From Nymphaea colorata (lineage: Eukaryota): 64,000 nt of DNA. A program made the translations under genes and the position numbers. The notes under the pieces were generated by a model that was not told where the DNA came from, ran no database searches, and worked only from the letters and a program-made list of their open reading frames with translations. Each line of letters starts with the position of its first letter. Position 1 is the stretch's first letter. Below are positions 1-12,322 of this stretch, one piece after another. The DNA lies in assembly GCF_008831285.2 (NCBI RefSeq), contig NC_045138.2, positions 26,288,001 through 26,352,000 on the forward strand, written 5' to 3'.

Positions 1-398
1 ATGGATCTTATGAGCGAGCTGGGTAATTACTGTGGATTGCCAAGTTACCATTCAATTTTTCTTGATCAAAAGTGTGTACTAACTGATAAATTAAGGTTGC
101 ATTTGATACCTTCGGATCTTAGATTCGAATATGCATAAAAGGTATGTTTTGGGATATCCCCACTTTAAGTTGAAGATCTAGTAGCATGGATTTTAAGGAC
201 AGATGGACAAGAGGATCTGATGCTAAATCCATGCTTTGGATCTGACCTGAAATCTATGGATCTGAAATCCCAGATCATTGCCGAAACATTAAAAAATAAA
301 GCATCCTTCATGGTATTAATTTACCTAATGATGGGATATCATAAAACTTGATTAGTGTTCTCTTGGTTCATCATTCTCGTCCTTCAAATTGACATTAA

Positions 399-532
399 CG
401 AAGTGTTTGGTAACAAGAACATTGTGTTCTTTACAACATAAACTGTTCTATATATGAACGTGTCGCATTTTTCGGGATCATGTTAAACGATGTGTTCCAA
501 AGAACACAGTGTTCATGTTACCAAATGCCTTC
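399..532. mobile_element. Tourist-like (PIF/Harbinger) MITE, ~134 bp
   Basis: Left end gtgtttggtaacaagaacattgtgttct closely matches the reverse complement of the right end agaacacagtgttcatgttaccaaatgc. Flanked by TAA at 396-398 and 533-535, the TSD typical of Tourist elements. Confidence 0.7.
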
Positions 533-1679
533 TAATAGCCACACTTTTGACATTATACCTGTGAGAAGTTCATCAACAAGTAGAGTTTCATCAAAGGAAA
601 TTAATGTAAGAATTGTACCTAAAGGCAAAAAGCAAAAAAAAAAAAAAAGAGAGAAAAAAATAGTACATGTTTATTTGAACTTGTATTTATGATTCGAATC
701 AAATCGAGGGCAAATCGGTTCATTTGATCAGTCGATATAAAGGTTTCACGTGTTAAGCAGTATTCTTTTTCTCTATTTCAAATAATTTTGAACTTTTTAT
801 TTATAATTTTTATAATTTGCTCAGTTTTAAAAATGAAGATAATTTTTTTGTCGATTCATAATTAATTCATGAGAAATTTACGAATAAACCGTCATTTGAC
901 ATATTTCCAAATAACTGCTTATCATTTGAGAAGTTATAAATAGCCATCTCATTTCATAAAATACTTAAAGCAAATTTTTTTCTAAACAATTTGCTTTTTT
1001 TGCCTCTCAACCTTTCATTTGATTTTTCATTTGATTTTGATGAACGATCCTGATTAGATGGTTGAGTAACTCCGAATAACCAGAATCATCATTCACTCTT
1101 ATATGCACACTCATTCTTGAAAAGTTAACCAAGTTATCAACACAACGATGACACCCAACTATGGTGAGCAAGAGAGGCGAAGGGACCTTTTTAAGATGTC
1201 TTTTAACCCAAATTTAGATCCAACTAGCAAAAGATATATATAGGTAATTTATTTGTAGCGGATTTGATCTTTGTTGGATTCAACTTGATAAAGACATATC
1301 TGATCAATTTACATTCCAAATGGTGCCCAATGGATTTACTTGTTAAACTACACAAATGAGATCTAAGGATCAGTTGTGGGGCTTCCAGTATTCTTGGTGC
1401 ATTCAACAGAATTTTATCAGAACTGATGAATATTACGTGTGTGTTCCATAAATCTATCTTAAAGATTGAGGCAAATTCATGAAACACTAAAACTTGCAGT
1501 TTATTAATTTGTCCCACTTATAAAGTATTTCATTTGCCAAACGACCCCTAACATGTTAAGGGCTCGACACCATGATACTTTGTCAAAATAGGGACTTCCT
1601 TAGTTCGACTGGCTCAAATGTAAGTAGTCTGAGATCTAAGATCTGAAGTGATTTGAGAACTACGCCGATGTGAGATCTG

Positions 1680-2019
1680 CAGGACTGTCAACAATCGGAT
1701 GTAAAACTTTACCATATTCGAATTAAAATATAATGAGTAAACTTTTATGCGATCGCTAAATCTGATTTTTAAATTCACAATCTAAATCATTCATCGAAGG
1801 CGGACTTTTAAATACACACCAACTGGTATTGGAGATAAAACATATATTTGAAACCGAATTCAAATGCAAATATGAAGATCATATTTATATAAAACTGAAT
1901 ATCATTTCTCAAATCTGAATCCAATTTGATTTCTTAATCAGATATTAATTTTTTTTACACCAACTTTTTTGAAGCAGCTTATCATATATTCTATCCCAAT
2001 CCGATCCATTGACATTCCA
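1680..2019. mobile_element. Degenerate hAT-type MITE remnant
   Basis: Left end aggactgtcaacaatcggat resembles the reverse complement of the right end (ggaatgtcaatggatcggat). The interior is AT-rich with ATCCGA/GGAT-type subterminal motifs. No clean TSD. Confidence 0.4.
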
Positions 2020-3831
2020 CAAGATCCATTACATTTGTGTATGGTCATGTCCTTGTGCTACTATATTCATTTCGCTATCATATTGTCTAAGCCTGTTCAT
2101 CGGGTTAGGTAAGACAGGCCCAAGGCTTGACAAAATTGGGCACCGGCTGGCCTGAAACTTTTATTGACCGCCCCAACTTGACCCACTTAGTTATCAGGCC
2201 GGGCTGACCATACCCCTCAAGTACTCTGTACTTGGTGTTTGATGTCTATTTTTATTGGAAATCCTTAAAGTTTCATTTTTTAATATCCCAAAAAATACTT
2301 ACTATCACTTGTTTTTAATAAAACTATCGGTGCCACAAGAAAAGTTTTTAAGAGAGCCATCCACATCACATGGTATAAAGAGAGAGAGAAAAATAAATAA
2401 ATAAAACAATGTTGAGAGATGAGTTTTAAATACATATATCAGGTTGGGTTAAACCCCCCAATACCCAACTCAAATCAACCCGACCCATCAATAAATACAT
2501 ATATTGGGTATGCTCAATAAATAAATAAATAAATATGAATATATATATATATATATATATTCAAATATAAAAAAATCAGCCCAAGCTTACTCATCAAGTG
2601 TTTTTTTTTTTTTTTATGTATGTATTTTTATCAAGCATACCCAAGATGTACTTCTTACATTCCAAAATGTATAAAACATGACTAAGTGTCAAGGACAATT
2701 AATCGCACTTCTCTTTCACCTTTTTACTTCTAATGCCTTCTGGTAGTAGTAGTAATTCACATAACCCGTCTTGGATAGGTTGTTTAGATGAAATGTCTGA
2801 GACACCTCGCCCATGTGTCTCTCAAACACGCCGTCAGTATTTATATCTATCCGCCAAATCAAACAGTGTGAAGACCTGGTCGTGAGAATGATCAGAAAAC
2901 AAGATGGCGGCCGGGGTGAGAAAATAAACTGAATTATATGCTTAAAGTATTTAATATGCCTTCAACGAAGATCTCAGCAACAGTGGCCAGAAATTTTTTT
3001 CTGTTATGGGGCACAGTTGTAGAAGTTCTCATTTTTTAAGGAGCATATCATATAAAAATAAGTAATTAGTTGTAAAACATCTATGAAAAAATAAATAAAA
3101 ATTTGTTGCTGGCATGGGCAACTGCCCACGCAAGCCTATATGTAGTTTCGCTACTGCTTAACAAAGAATTATCAAAGAATCCAGTTTCTTTTGCATTTTC
3201 ACATATAAAAAATTCAGGACAAATTGTTACAAAAGAAATAGAAAGCGGGTACCATGGATTCTTTTCATGGAAGATTAGTTTAAAAATTAGGTCGAAATCA
3301 AGCTCAAGACCATGTATATCCTTGATTAAGCAACTGACAGTTCGGTGCCATTTGGCACGAGAAGCGACAGCGCCGCTCCCCTTTGCCTTGAAAGTTAGAG
3401 GTTGAGTTGAGGCTTGGGTTGGAAACAGTGCATTTTCAACTCAACGCCACAATCCAACCTACGAGGCCCGAGGGAATAGTGCCCACAGGAATAAAATTAA
3501 CAAGTGGATTTTTACCGATGGGAATCAATCCGATCAGCAAAGTTATAACTCGGAAGGCAACCATAAGAATATTTGATACTGGCCATTCCACCATATTGTT
3601 TCGAGGAGTTGGTAGGGTCGCCCACATATTTTGGCGGTGTACTATCTTCAATACGCTGCTAATTTCTAGCGCACCAAATGTATGCTCTAAATTGTCAAAG
3701 TGACACGGTAAATGTGCAGGTTTGATCTCAATTTTCTTAATCTAACACCATTCGATCGTATCATCCGGCAAAAATTGCTTTGAGGAGGACTTTCAAGCTT
3801 GCCCACTCATACGAACAATGCTTATATATAT

Positions 3832-3990
3832 ATAGAGTGGAGGTATAAGTTCTTTTACGAGGGAAACCGAATTAAAGTTTCTATTTTGACTAAGGCCAAG
3901 ATATCATTTTTCAAAATATTTTTAAAAATTTACATGTAATTTTTTTTAGCTTTTTTTTGAGGCGGGGACTGGGTCCTACATTGGCTCTGC

Positions 3991-3994
<4 letters not shown>
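3832..3994. mobile_element. Degenerate MITE of the AGGGGCAGAGCC-ended family, flanked by (TA)n
   Basis: Right end ggctctgcccct matches the terminus of the element at 47719-47917. Left end tagagtggagg is degenerate. TA runs on both sides. Confidence 0.35.

Positions 3995-4052
<58 letters not shown>
3994..4052. repeat. (TA)n microsatellite
   Basis: Uninterrupted TA run of ~59 bp. Confidence 0.95.
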
Positions 4053-4055
<3 letters not shown>

Positions 4056-6444
4056 GGATTCAAATCCTGATGGCTAAAAACTTTCATTCAAAGCACTATA
4101 AATTATTGCTAAAAGCAACATAAATTGTTGTTACACCATAAACTGTCATTAAGTGGCAGCTGTGTTTTAGCGATAGTCTTTCAATGCTTAGATGGCTAAA
4201 AAACTGAGGTGTCACTAAAAGTCTTTAGCAATAGGGAAGTCTGCCATGACTTTTTTGGTTTCTTAGCTTTGGATCGTAGTTAATCACAGAACATGATTTA
4301 GTATATATACATATATATATATATTGCATGTTTCACCTTCACATTGGGTGTACGTGTGAAAGACCGAAGCACTTAGATGGCTCGATAAATCCATGTCTAT
4401 CGCCCTTTTAAGTATAAAAAAAAAAATTATCCACATAAGGAAACGAGATATTCCTTTCTTAGTGTGCAATAAGCTGAGTTTTGACCCATATATGATTTGA
4501 CCAAATAAACTAAATGAATACATAAAACATATACTCTTTGGTGTTGCGTATAAAAGTATAAGGGCTTGATAAATGTGACTACCTATTGTAATATAATTAT
4601 AATTGTGAAACAATTGAATCCCATATATAACAAGTCCGTCAAACCTTTCGGTAATATAAACACAATACATATACAAAAACATAAAAGTGGTTTAATGACT
4701 TAATTCACCATTTGTTGGCTCCCTATAAATTACACTGCTCTACCATTTCCAAGGGGTTGGTGCCTTGGGCGAGGCGGGGTCGATAGACGGTCAGTTTCTG
4801 TTTCGAATTTTTTTAAACATCAACGGATGTGGGGGATGGGGGAAGCGTGAGAGCTTTGACCCTTTGTTAGGAGGTATAATAAAATACTTTTCTTGCTCTC
4901 CCACCTATATGGTTTTGCCAATGCATCTAAGGACAATTTGGTTCCATAAAATACGAAGCCTTTTCAAACATTTATTAGGAACATAAATGTGTTACATAAC
5001 CTATGGTGATAATAAATTTTAAAAGTGTTAAGTTGGTACTTAATTAAGTAAGGCGTTAAATGTACTAACAATAGGATAATAATGGGGAACTTTCTATCCA
5101 ATGAATTGGACCAAATCAATCTCTCTCTCTATGTTTCCAAATGATGGGTAGCACAATGAGAGAGTAATTACAGGTACGAACCAATACTCTGGTTCAAATT
5201 GGCATGAACCTTAGAACTAGGGTTGCTTATCAACGAATTTTTGCAGACCAACATAATTTGCATTGCAAGCGAGATTTTAGATCTTTTTTCAAATTGAATT
5301 GGTATTGCTTTTATGTTCATCTCTTAATTATAATAGCAATCTACCAATTTAGCTGTTTAGACCCTTTAGGGTCTGCACATAAATTGCAATTTTAAATTAT
5401 GAAACTCTGTATGTGAAGTAGTTGTATGGAAACTCTACTATTGTTTTAATTTGCCAAATCTCTTGAAAGAAAAACAAAGAAAAGAGAGCGATAAGGAGTT
5501 GGGTAGAGGCTTCGGCCTTGTGTCGGGCAGTGGAAAACACCCGTCACCCAAAAAAACAAAGAAAAGAAAAGAAACGACTGCTGCAACAGATAATTAACAG
5601 ATTTCCATACTTTTTAAGATAGACAAAAGCCGAAGAGTTCAATACTTGAAGCCATGTTTAGTTTAGTTTTTTGACATAATTATGGGAATGTTCAACCTGC
5701 TAATCTCATGTCTATCTCAGCCAGTGTTGAGATAATCTGGCCAGACATGAGCTAGAAGCCAGGGGATGATCACATGTAATGTTTGGTGTAGACGTAAAAA
5801 CCTTTTGGTATTAATGGTAACAATTTTTTATGGTTTCCATAATCTTTGTTTAAGAAAAACTGCTTTCCTCCTAAAACTTATAAGGATATACTTTATACAT
5901 CTAAGGTTTTGTCAAACGGTGAACTTATCATACATTCTTCAACTCAGTATTATTCTTGAACTCAGTATTGCACTTAGCTACGAGATTCAAACCTCAAACC
6001 CCTCTTTACTTCTATATGTTTAGAAGTTTAACTTCCATCATCTCCTTTTCTAAATTTAACCAACTTTCCTTCCTCTCCCAGTAACAATTAATCGTTTTCT
6101 TGGACAAGTTTCATCTGACATTCTTCATTATTATAGAATCAAGGATCGTACCGCTACATAAGAGCCATTTCCAAGCTTCTAAAATAAAAACCAAACTCTC
6201 GGACCATAAAAGCATTGCCGCAGAATCTTCTTTTCTTTGTTATGTTTTTAATTTCATTTCCACGCTTCTGTTCTGCCTGGTTCGACCGAAGGCAGAAGTC
6301 TCGCCTTCTCTTCCTCCCTCTCTCGTGACTCTTGCCGAATCTTTTCACCTCTCATTCTCCACCTGCCTTCCTTGCTCGTTCACTCGTTTAGAGAGAGAAG
6401 CCATAGCCAAGTGATAGTAGCGAAGGGAGGGAGGCAGAAGGGAA

Positions 6445-9400
6445 ATGAGGAGAGAAATGGGGAGGAGGCATCTGCTTAAGCCCACCCTCGCCACCGCCCT
6501 TACCTGCCTGAGCTTCTACGCCATCCTGAGCCTCACCCTCTCACCACCCACCTCTCCTTCTTCCTCCTCGTACCTCCGCTCATCCTCCTCCTCTTCTTCT
6601 TCTTCCTTCTCCTCCAACATCATCGACTCCTCCCGTTCCCTCATGGACGTCCCCGATCTCCACCCATCTTCCTCTTCCGTCCGGATCTTCCTCTACGATC
6701 TCCCTCGCAAGTTTACCTACGGTGTCGTCGAGAACTACCTCCTTGCTCGTGACGCGCTGAAGCCCGCCGCCCGCTATGACAATTCCGCCCTCCGCTACCC
6801 CGGCCACCAGCACAGCGCCGAGTGGTGGCTCTTCACCGACCTCCTGAACGCTTCCCGTCCAGCTGGTTCGCCGGTGATCAGGGTTTTCGATCCGGAGGAG
6901 GCCGACCTCTTCTACGTGCCATTCTTCTCGTCGCTAAGCCTCGTGGTGAATCCGATACGAGGAGTCAGCAACGGGGTGGTTTATAGCGATGAGAGGATGC
7001 AGGATGAGTTGGTGGAGTGGTTGGATAGGCAGCCTTATTGGAGGAGGAATTTGGGGAGGGATCACGTGTTTATCTGCCAGGATCCTAACGCGCTCTACAG
7101 GGTGATCGACCAGGTAAAGAATAGCGTGCTCCTGGTTTCAGATTTCGGGCGGTTGAAGGCCGACCAGGGTTCTTTCGTGAAGGACGTCGTCCTGCCGTAC
7201 TCTCATCGGATCAATTCCTTCAAGGGGTCCATTGGTTTGGGGAACAGAGACTCTTTGCTATTCTTCATGGGAAATAGATACAGAAAAGAGGTATATAACT
7301 TAGGCAGCAGTCTCTTTCTCAAATTGTTAGTTAATTTTGTTGTTCTGCTTGGATTTTCTAGTTAAGAATCACATATTCTTAGATTTGGTTTAAAACACAC
7401 AAACCGACTCTTGGGCATGTTTTTGTAGTTGGCGCCTTGCAAATAAACACTCATGTTGCTATGCTTATTGTTAGAAATGCTCTGCACATCCTTAAGCCAT
7501 GTCAGTCAATAATGTTTTTAGTTCTTGATACATCTCATGCGTCATATTTACATCATTACATGCCAATACCTACATCCCTGTCTGCACAACGTGGGGTAAA
7601 AGAAGCAAGAGTAAGTTTCTCCTGTTCTGCTATGGAGCAAAAAGAGATGCTGACTCCCCAAACAGAAATAGTTATTCCATGACATATGGTGTTTCCTTGT
7701 TACCTTTCTTCTTAAGGCGTGTAGCTACAAGGAGTGTAAGGGACGAGATTGATTGAAGCTGCATATTGGAAATCAAATGCTCGTGAGCAGCTAAGTGCTG
7801 TAGGTTTTTACCGATTGACCAAAGCTAATTCATTCGCAATAGGAGGATGACCCAACATTTGAAATGCCGATTTGCTTTGAGTCTCAGTTGTGATCATAAA
7901 TTTGAAAGTATTAGCTAGTTTTAGAGGGATGCCGCCTGAGATATGTCCCTGTTCGATAAGGTAGATCAAATGAGCAACTGTGGCAGCTTTAACGAGGAAA
8001 CAAATTGCTTTTACTGATGAGTTCTTTAACTTCCATTCAAGCTGTGAATCTCATCAAAATCCTGGACATTTAGATACTACTGCCTACCATGAAACTCTTT
8101 GAGGAGAATCAGTAACTTTGTGGAGTTAATTATCTACAGAGGAAAAGGCTGAAAGGCTTGTGCTATAAGAGTTCCTCACGAACAATCAAATTTGGTCCTC
8201 TGTATTACACTTTGTAGAGATATAGGAAGCTTAGTGAGACTGGTAAGAGTCGTCATTCTTCCTTTGCATTTAAAAAAATTGGCTGCGTATGTACCATATA
8301 CTTGCTCTCTTTTTTGCATGTCTTCTTTCTTCATTTTATTATGGTTAAATAGAGGCTGTTTGGATTGATCTCTCTTCCGCTGGAATATTTTTAGGGTGGA
8401 AAGATTCGTGATATGCTTTTCCAAGTATTGGAGTCGGAGAAAGATGTTATCATTAAACATGGCGCACAGTCTAGAGAAAGCCGCCGCATGGCCACACATG
8501 GGATGCATTCTTCTAAGTTCTGTCTGCATCCTGCTGGTGATACACCTTCAGCTTGCCGACTCTTTGATGCCATAGTGAGCTTATGTGTTCCCGTTATTGT
8601 TAGTGACGATATTGAATTGCCTTTTGAGGATGTGATTGATTACACAAAAATTGCAATATTTATCAACTCTAAGAAAGCTGTACAGCCAGGGCACTTGGTT
8701 TCCATGTTGAGAAGGATTAGTTCAGATAGGATTTTGGAATATCAGAGAGAGCTTAAGCTGGTAAGTAATCCTTTGTTTTTCCTTGAAGTGCTTCTGTCCT
8801 TTGCCTTTGCTTAAATTTGCGTGCTAGTATTTGGATTAGTATTACATTTATAAATCTGTTTTTTTGAATTGGTCTATACTATCTTGCAATTTGCTTTTTG
8901 TTTGATAGATATGTTAGCATATAAATCATTCAACGCTCTTGTTTTATGTAGTTCATAATTATTTGATCCATTATATGGTTGTGTCTGTTTTGTACGCAAT
9001 ATCATTTTCTCATACATTAAGTAAATTCAGACTTTCAGAGTCTTTTTTCTAAACTTTTTGAATTTTCTTCATAAAACAAAAATGAAAATCGAGTACTATA
9101 TTTTAGATTCTGATATCAGTATCAAAGAAAAGGTCAGGGCCATACATAATGTGTTCATATTCATAGCTTCAATGGTCAAGTCCCACTTCAGACGTTTATA
9201 TTTTCTATCCAAATTGGTGCGGGTGCAGATGTAAAAAGGGACCAAGGTTGGGCATGGTCTAGCATTCCGAGCCTTTGCAAATTATGATATGAAACTTTTC
9301 AAAACAGGAACTGAGCATATAAATCTTTCTTTTCAAAGATATTATCATGAATGTTGTTGGTGAACCGTGAAAGTAAACCATACCCTCAGAATTTACATTG

Positions 9401-10088
9401 TGGAATGTCACGCATTTGTCATATCACTTGGGTTTAGTGATGGTTAATTATAAATGGTGCCTCTATTGACATTAATTCGTTTCTCTACTCTTAAGTACTG
9501 ATACATGTTATGATGATCTTTAAGTTAAGATGACGTGATGTTGTTTCTTTCTTCTTTTCAAGAGTCAAATGCTGTCTATTTACAGTGAATGTGCTGTGAG
9601 TAAACTTTGCCATAGTTGAACGAGGTTGTGCAACCCAAATTGATTGGCCTTTAAGAAGTTATCTTTTAATGCCTACCTGTATATCATGCTCAGGTCCCTT
9701 GAGGTAGCATATTATTGTGAACTTGGCAGGGCAAGTTTTATTTTGTGATTATCCTAGTTGCTCAAAACCTCCCTTTGAGCCATTGGGAGTTCCGGATGAT
9801 TTCTCATGCTCTGATATTCCTCTGAATAAAGGGCTTCAGTAGGTTTATTTTCTCAGCATTTTTAACTTTTTGAAACAGGTAAAACATTACTTTGAATATG
9901 AGGAGCCTAATGGAACCGTCCATGAGATATGGCGTCAAGTTTCTTCAAAGCTTCCCTTGATAAAATTCATGATCAATCGCGACAAGCGCCTTGTGAGGAG
10001 TAGCTTAGCCGATGGAGACTGTTCTTGTCTTTGTTCAAATCATACTGTCGGTTCAATGGCCACTGGTGGTAGCATTTCGAGGAACTGA
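6445..10088 (+). CDS. Exostosin/GT47 glycosyltransferase, probable arabinosyltransferase ARAD1-like, ~473 aa, 3 exons
   Basis: Exons 6445-7290, 8395-8760 and 9879-10088 have GT-AG boundaries and join in frame. N-terminal TM anchor and Ser-rich stem, then GT47 motifs [52 protein letters not shown] and CVPVIVSD. Confidence 0.92.
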
Positions 10089-12322
10089 AAACACGTAATT
10101 CTGGTAAACCCATACAATTCTTTGACCCCTCGGTCGCATATGTGTAATCATTTTGTAGCTTATTTACCACTTGTTTTTGTTTTGTTAGATCCAAGGATAG
10201 ATAATTGCTAGATGCATGTAACCCCTTATCAATAGGTCAAATCAGTCTGATCCTTAAGAAGGAAACTTCTGTAATGAAGATACAGCCACAGATTGTGTTT
10301 CCTCTAGAGGTAGTGAGGATGTGAATTGTGAAGTGGTGCTACTGTCAGATCATATTCATTTCATTTGTTTTTTTTTTGACACAATGTCAAGCAGGCTGTT
10401 CAAAGTAAGATTATATGTAATAAAATTTACCTGTAAATCAATAAATATATGTTCCACCTGTTTATGCTCTCTTACCAGTTGTTAATACTCTTTTTTTTTT
10501 TTTTGCTTATATTGTATACATAAATATTCAGTTTGCCTGGTTGCTGAGTAGGTTGTCATCTGATGCCCACTCAGGTTCCCGATGACACTGTAACCCCTCA
10601 ACAGAAAAGCAAATGAAAGACGGACAATCTAATTAAATACTAAGACTACAACTTTTCTGCAGTTCCTAGATGACCTCAGTCACTCCGATCACACAAATTC
10701 ATTACAGAATATTTCAGTATTAGTGTATTCCACTTGCAAATGTAGCTCAAGCATCTGTCTGGTTTTATTTCACTAGATTGGTAATATGAAGCTATACATG
10801 TATGGTGTTGAACAAAGCCAGAGAAGAAAAAACCATGTGCCAACATCAACCTGCCAAATGCTAGCACGGAAATTAAAATTAGTCAAAATGGAGAGAGAGA
10901 CAGCAAGACGTGCTTTCGTGCATAGAATCAATATCTGGATCACAAGCGCTATCAGACCATCTCAGATCTAGTACTTCTATGTATTTCTCCTGCTAAGGAA
11001 CCTATACAAATTAAAGCAAAAGATGAGAAATCTGACAAGCAATAAAAAAGTAAGCTGTTTCTCTCTCTCAACCTGATAAAAGTCAAGAAAAGTTGCTCTA
11101 ATACGATTTAATTCTTGGAATACGATCTTGCCAACCTGATCAGTTTTCAACCAACAGAAATTTGTCAAATCTATTACCTGATGGATCAAACAAGTTGAAC
11201 GCAGGCTCACAGCAAACTTGGAAAGTCTATTTTATCAAAGCGAAATAATACCTTGCTGTTAATTTTAATTGGAATTCTCAGAATAAGGCTTCACATTTTA
11301 CCTCAGTAGTAACTTCCCTCCTCAAGATCTCCTTAATGTTACTAGGTGCAGCTTTCCATTGTAATGCTAAAATCTTTTCGATGTTCATTGCTCTTACCTG
11401 CCATGGCCGTCACCCTTCAAAGAAGAAGCAGACTCAACAGAAAGGTCAAATGACACTGAAGTCATTGCTCTGCTGTAAAATGTTGAGCACCAACTTCTTT
11501 TCCATCACAAAATCTCCTCTTGATGATCCTTTTACAGAAACACGTCAGACAGCGCAGTTTTTGTTATCGCAGATTTCGCCAGTTTCTTTACTCCCACTCA
11601 AAACCCTTACTGTCACTAAAGTTCTTTGCGACCGAAAATTCCTTTTTTGGCAGGAAAAAATATTTCGTTTGGTTTGCAAACTGGGGATAGAAAAGCTGGG
11701 TATAAACTCATGAACTTTTGGTATTGCTTATCAACGGATTTTAACTACAATTAAGTATTTGAGATGTTAGTTATATTATTAATACTCATAATAATCAACA
11801 TTGGTCTCTAAAAACACATGTTCATCTTTGACGAGGAGATGAATACATAAACGAAAAGAGACATCCAAGGAGAGAACCGGTTTTGCTCTCCATGGCGTAA
11901 GGGCCTGTCCTCATCATTGGCGGCAATGGCGGATGAGAAAGCAGCTCCGCATCTAAATCCGTTATGCGGTGCTCCAACACCCATCTCACAAAAAGAAATT
12001 CCTATCCTCTCCTGCGACCTAATGGTATTCGTCGGTTCTGAGGCATTTGAATACAAAGATACCTCTCACAAGAAAAATAACAAAAGATTATTCTTGCGTG
12101 TATTGGCTTGCTAGGTTACATACATCAGCCTTTTCTAAACTTCCAGTGTACTTAACAAGTCAGTCATCTTGAATTTAGGTTAGTCATTTCAATTTCACCA
12201 ATCCTTTCCGGATTAACATGATTTATAGTTCACGGGCCAAATTGACAATCTAGACAGGTGAGACATGAAGTTTAACTCTAAAACCATGGATTAGTGTGTA
12301 ACGCTTCGACAGGTCCAGAGCC

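Noticed and set aside
5705..5751. Small nested hairpin (ctcatgtct...agacatgag around tatctcagc/gttgagata)
   Set aside because: Too short for a miRNA precursor and no match to conserved miRNA sequences I recall.
3103..6023. Short ORFs upstream of the ARAD1-like gene
   Set aside because: No recognisable domains or splice-consistent structure. The region is AT-rich intergenic DNA with repeats.
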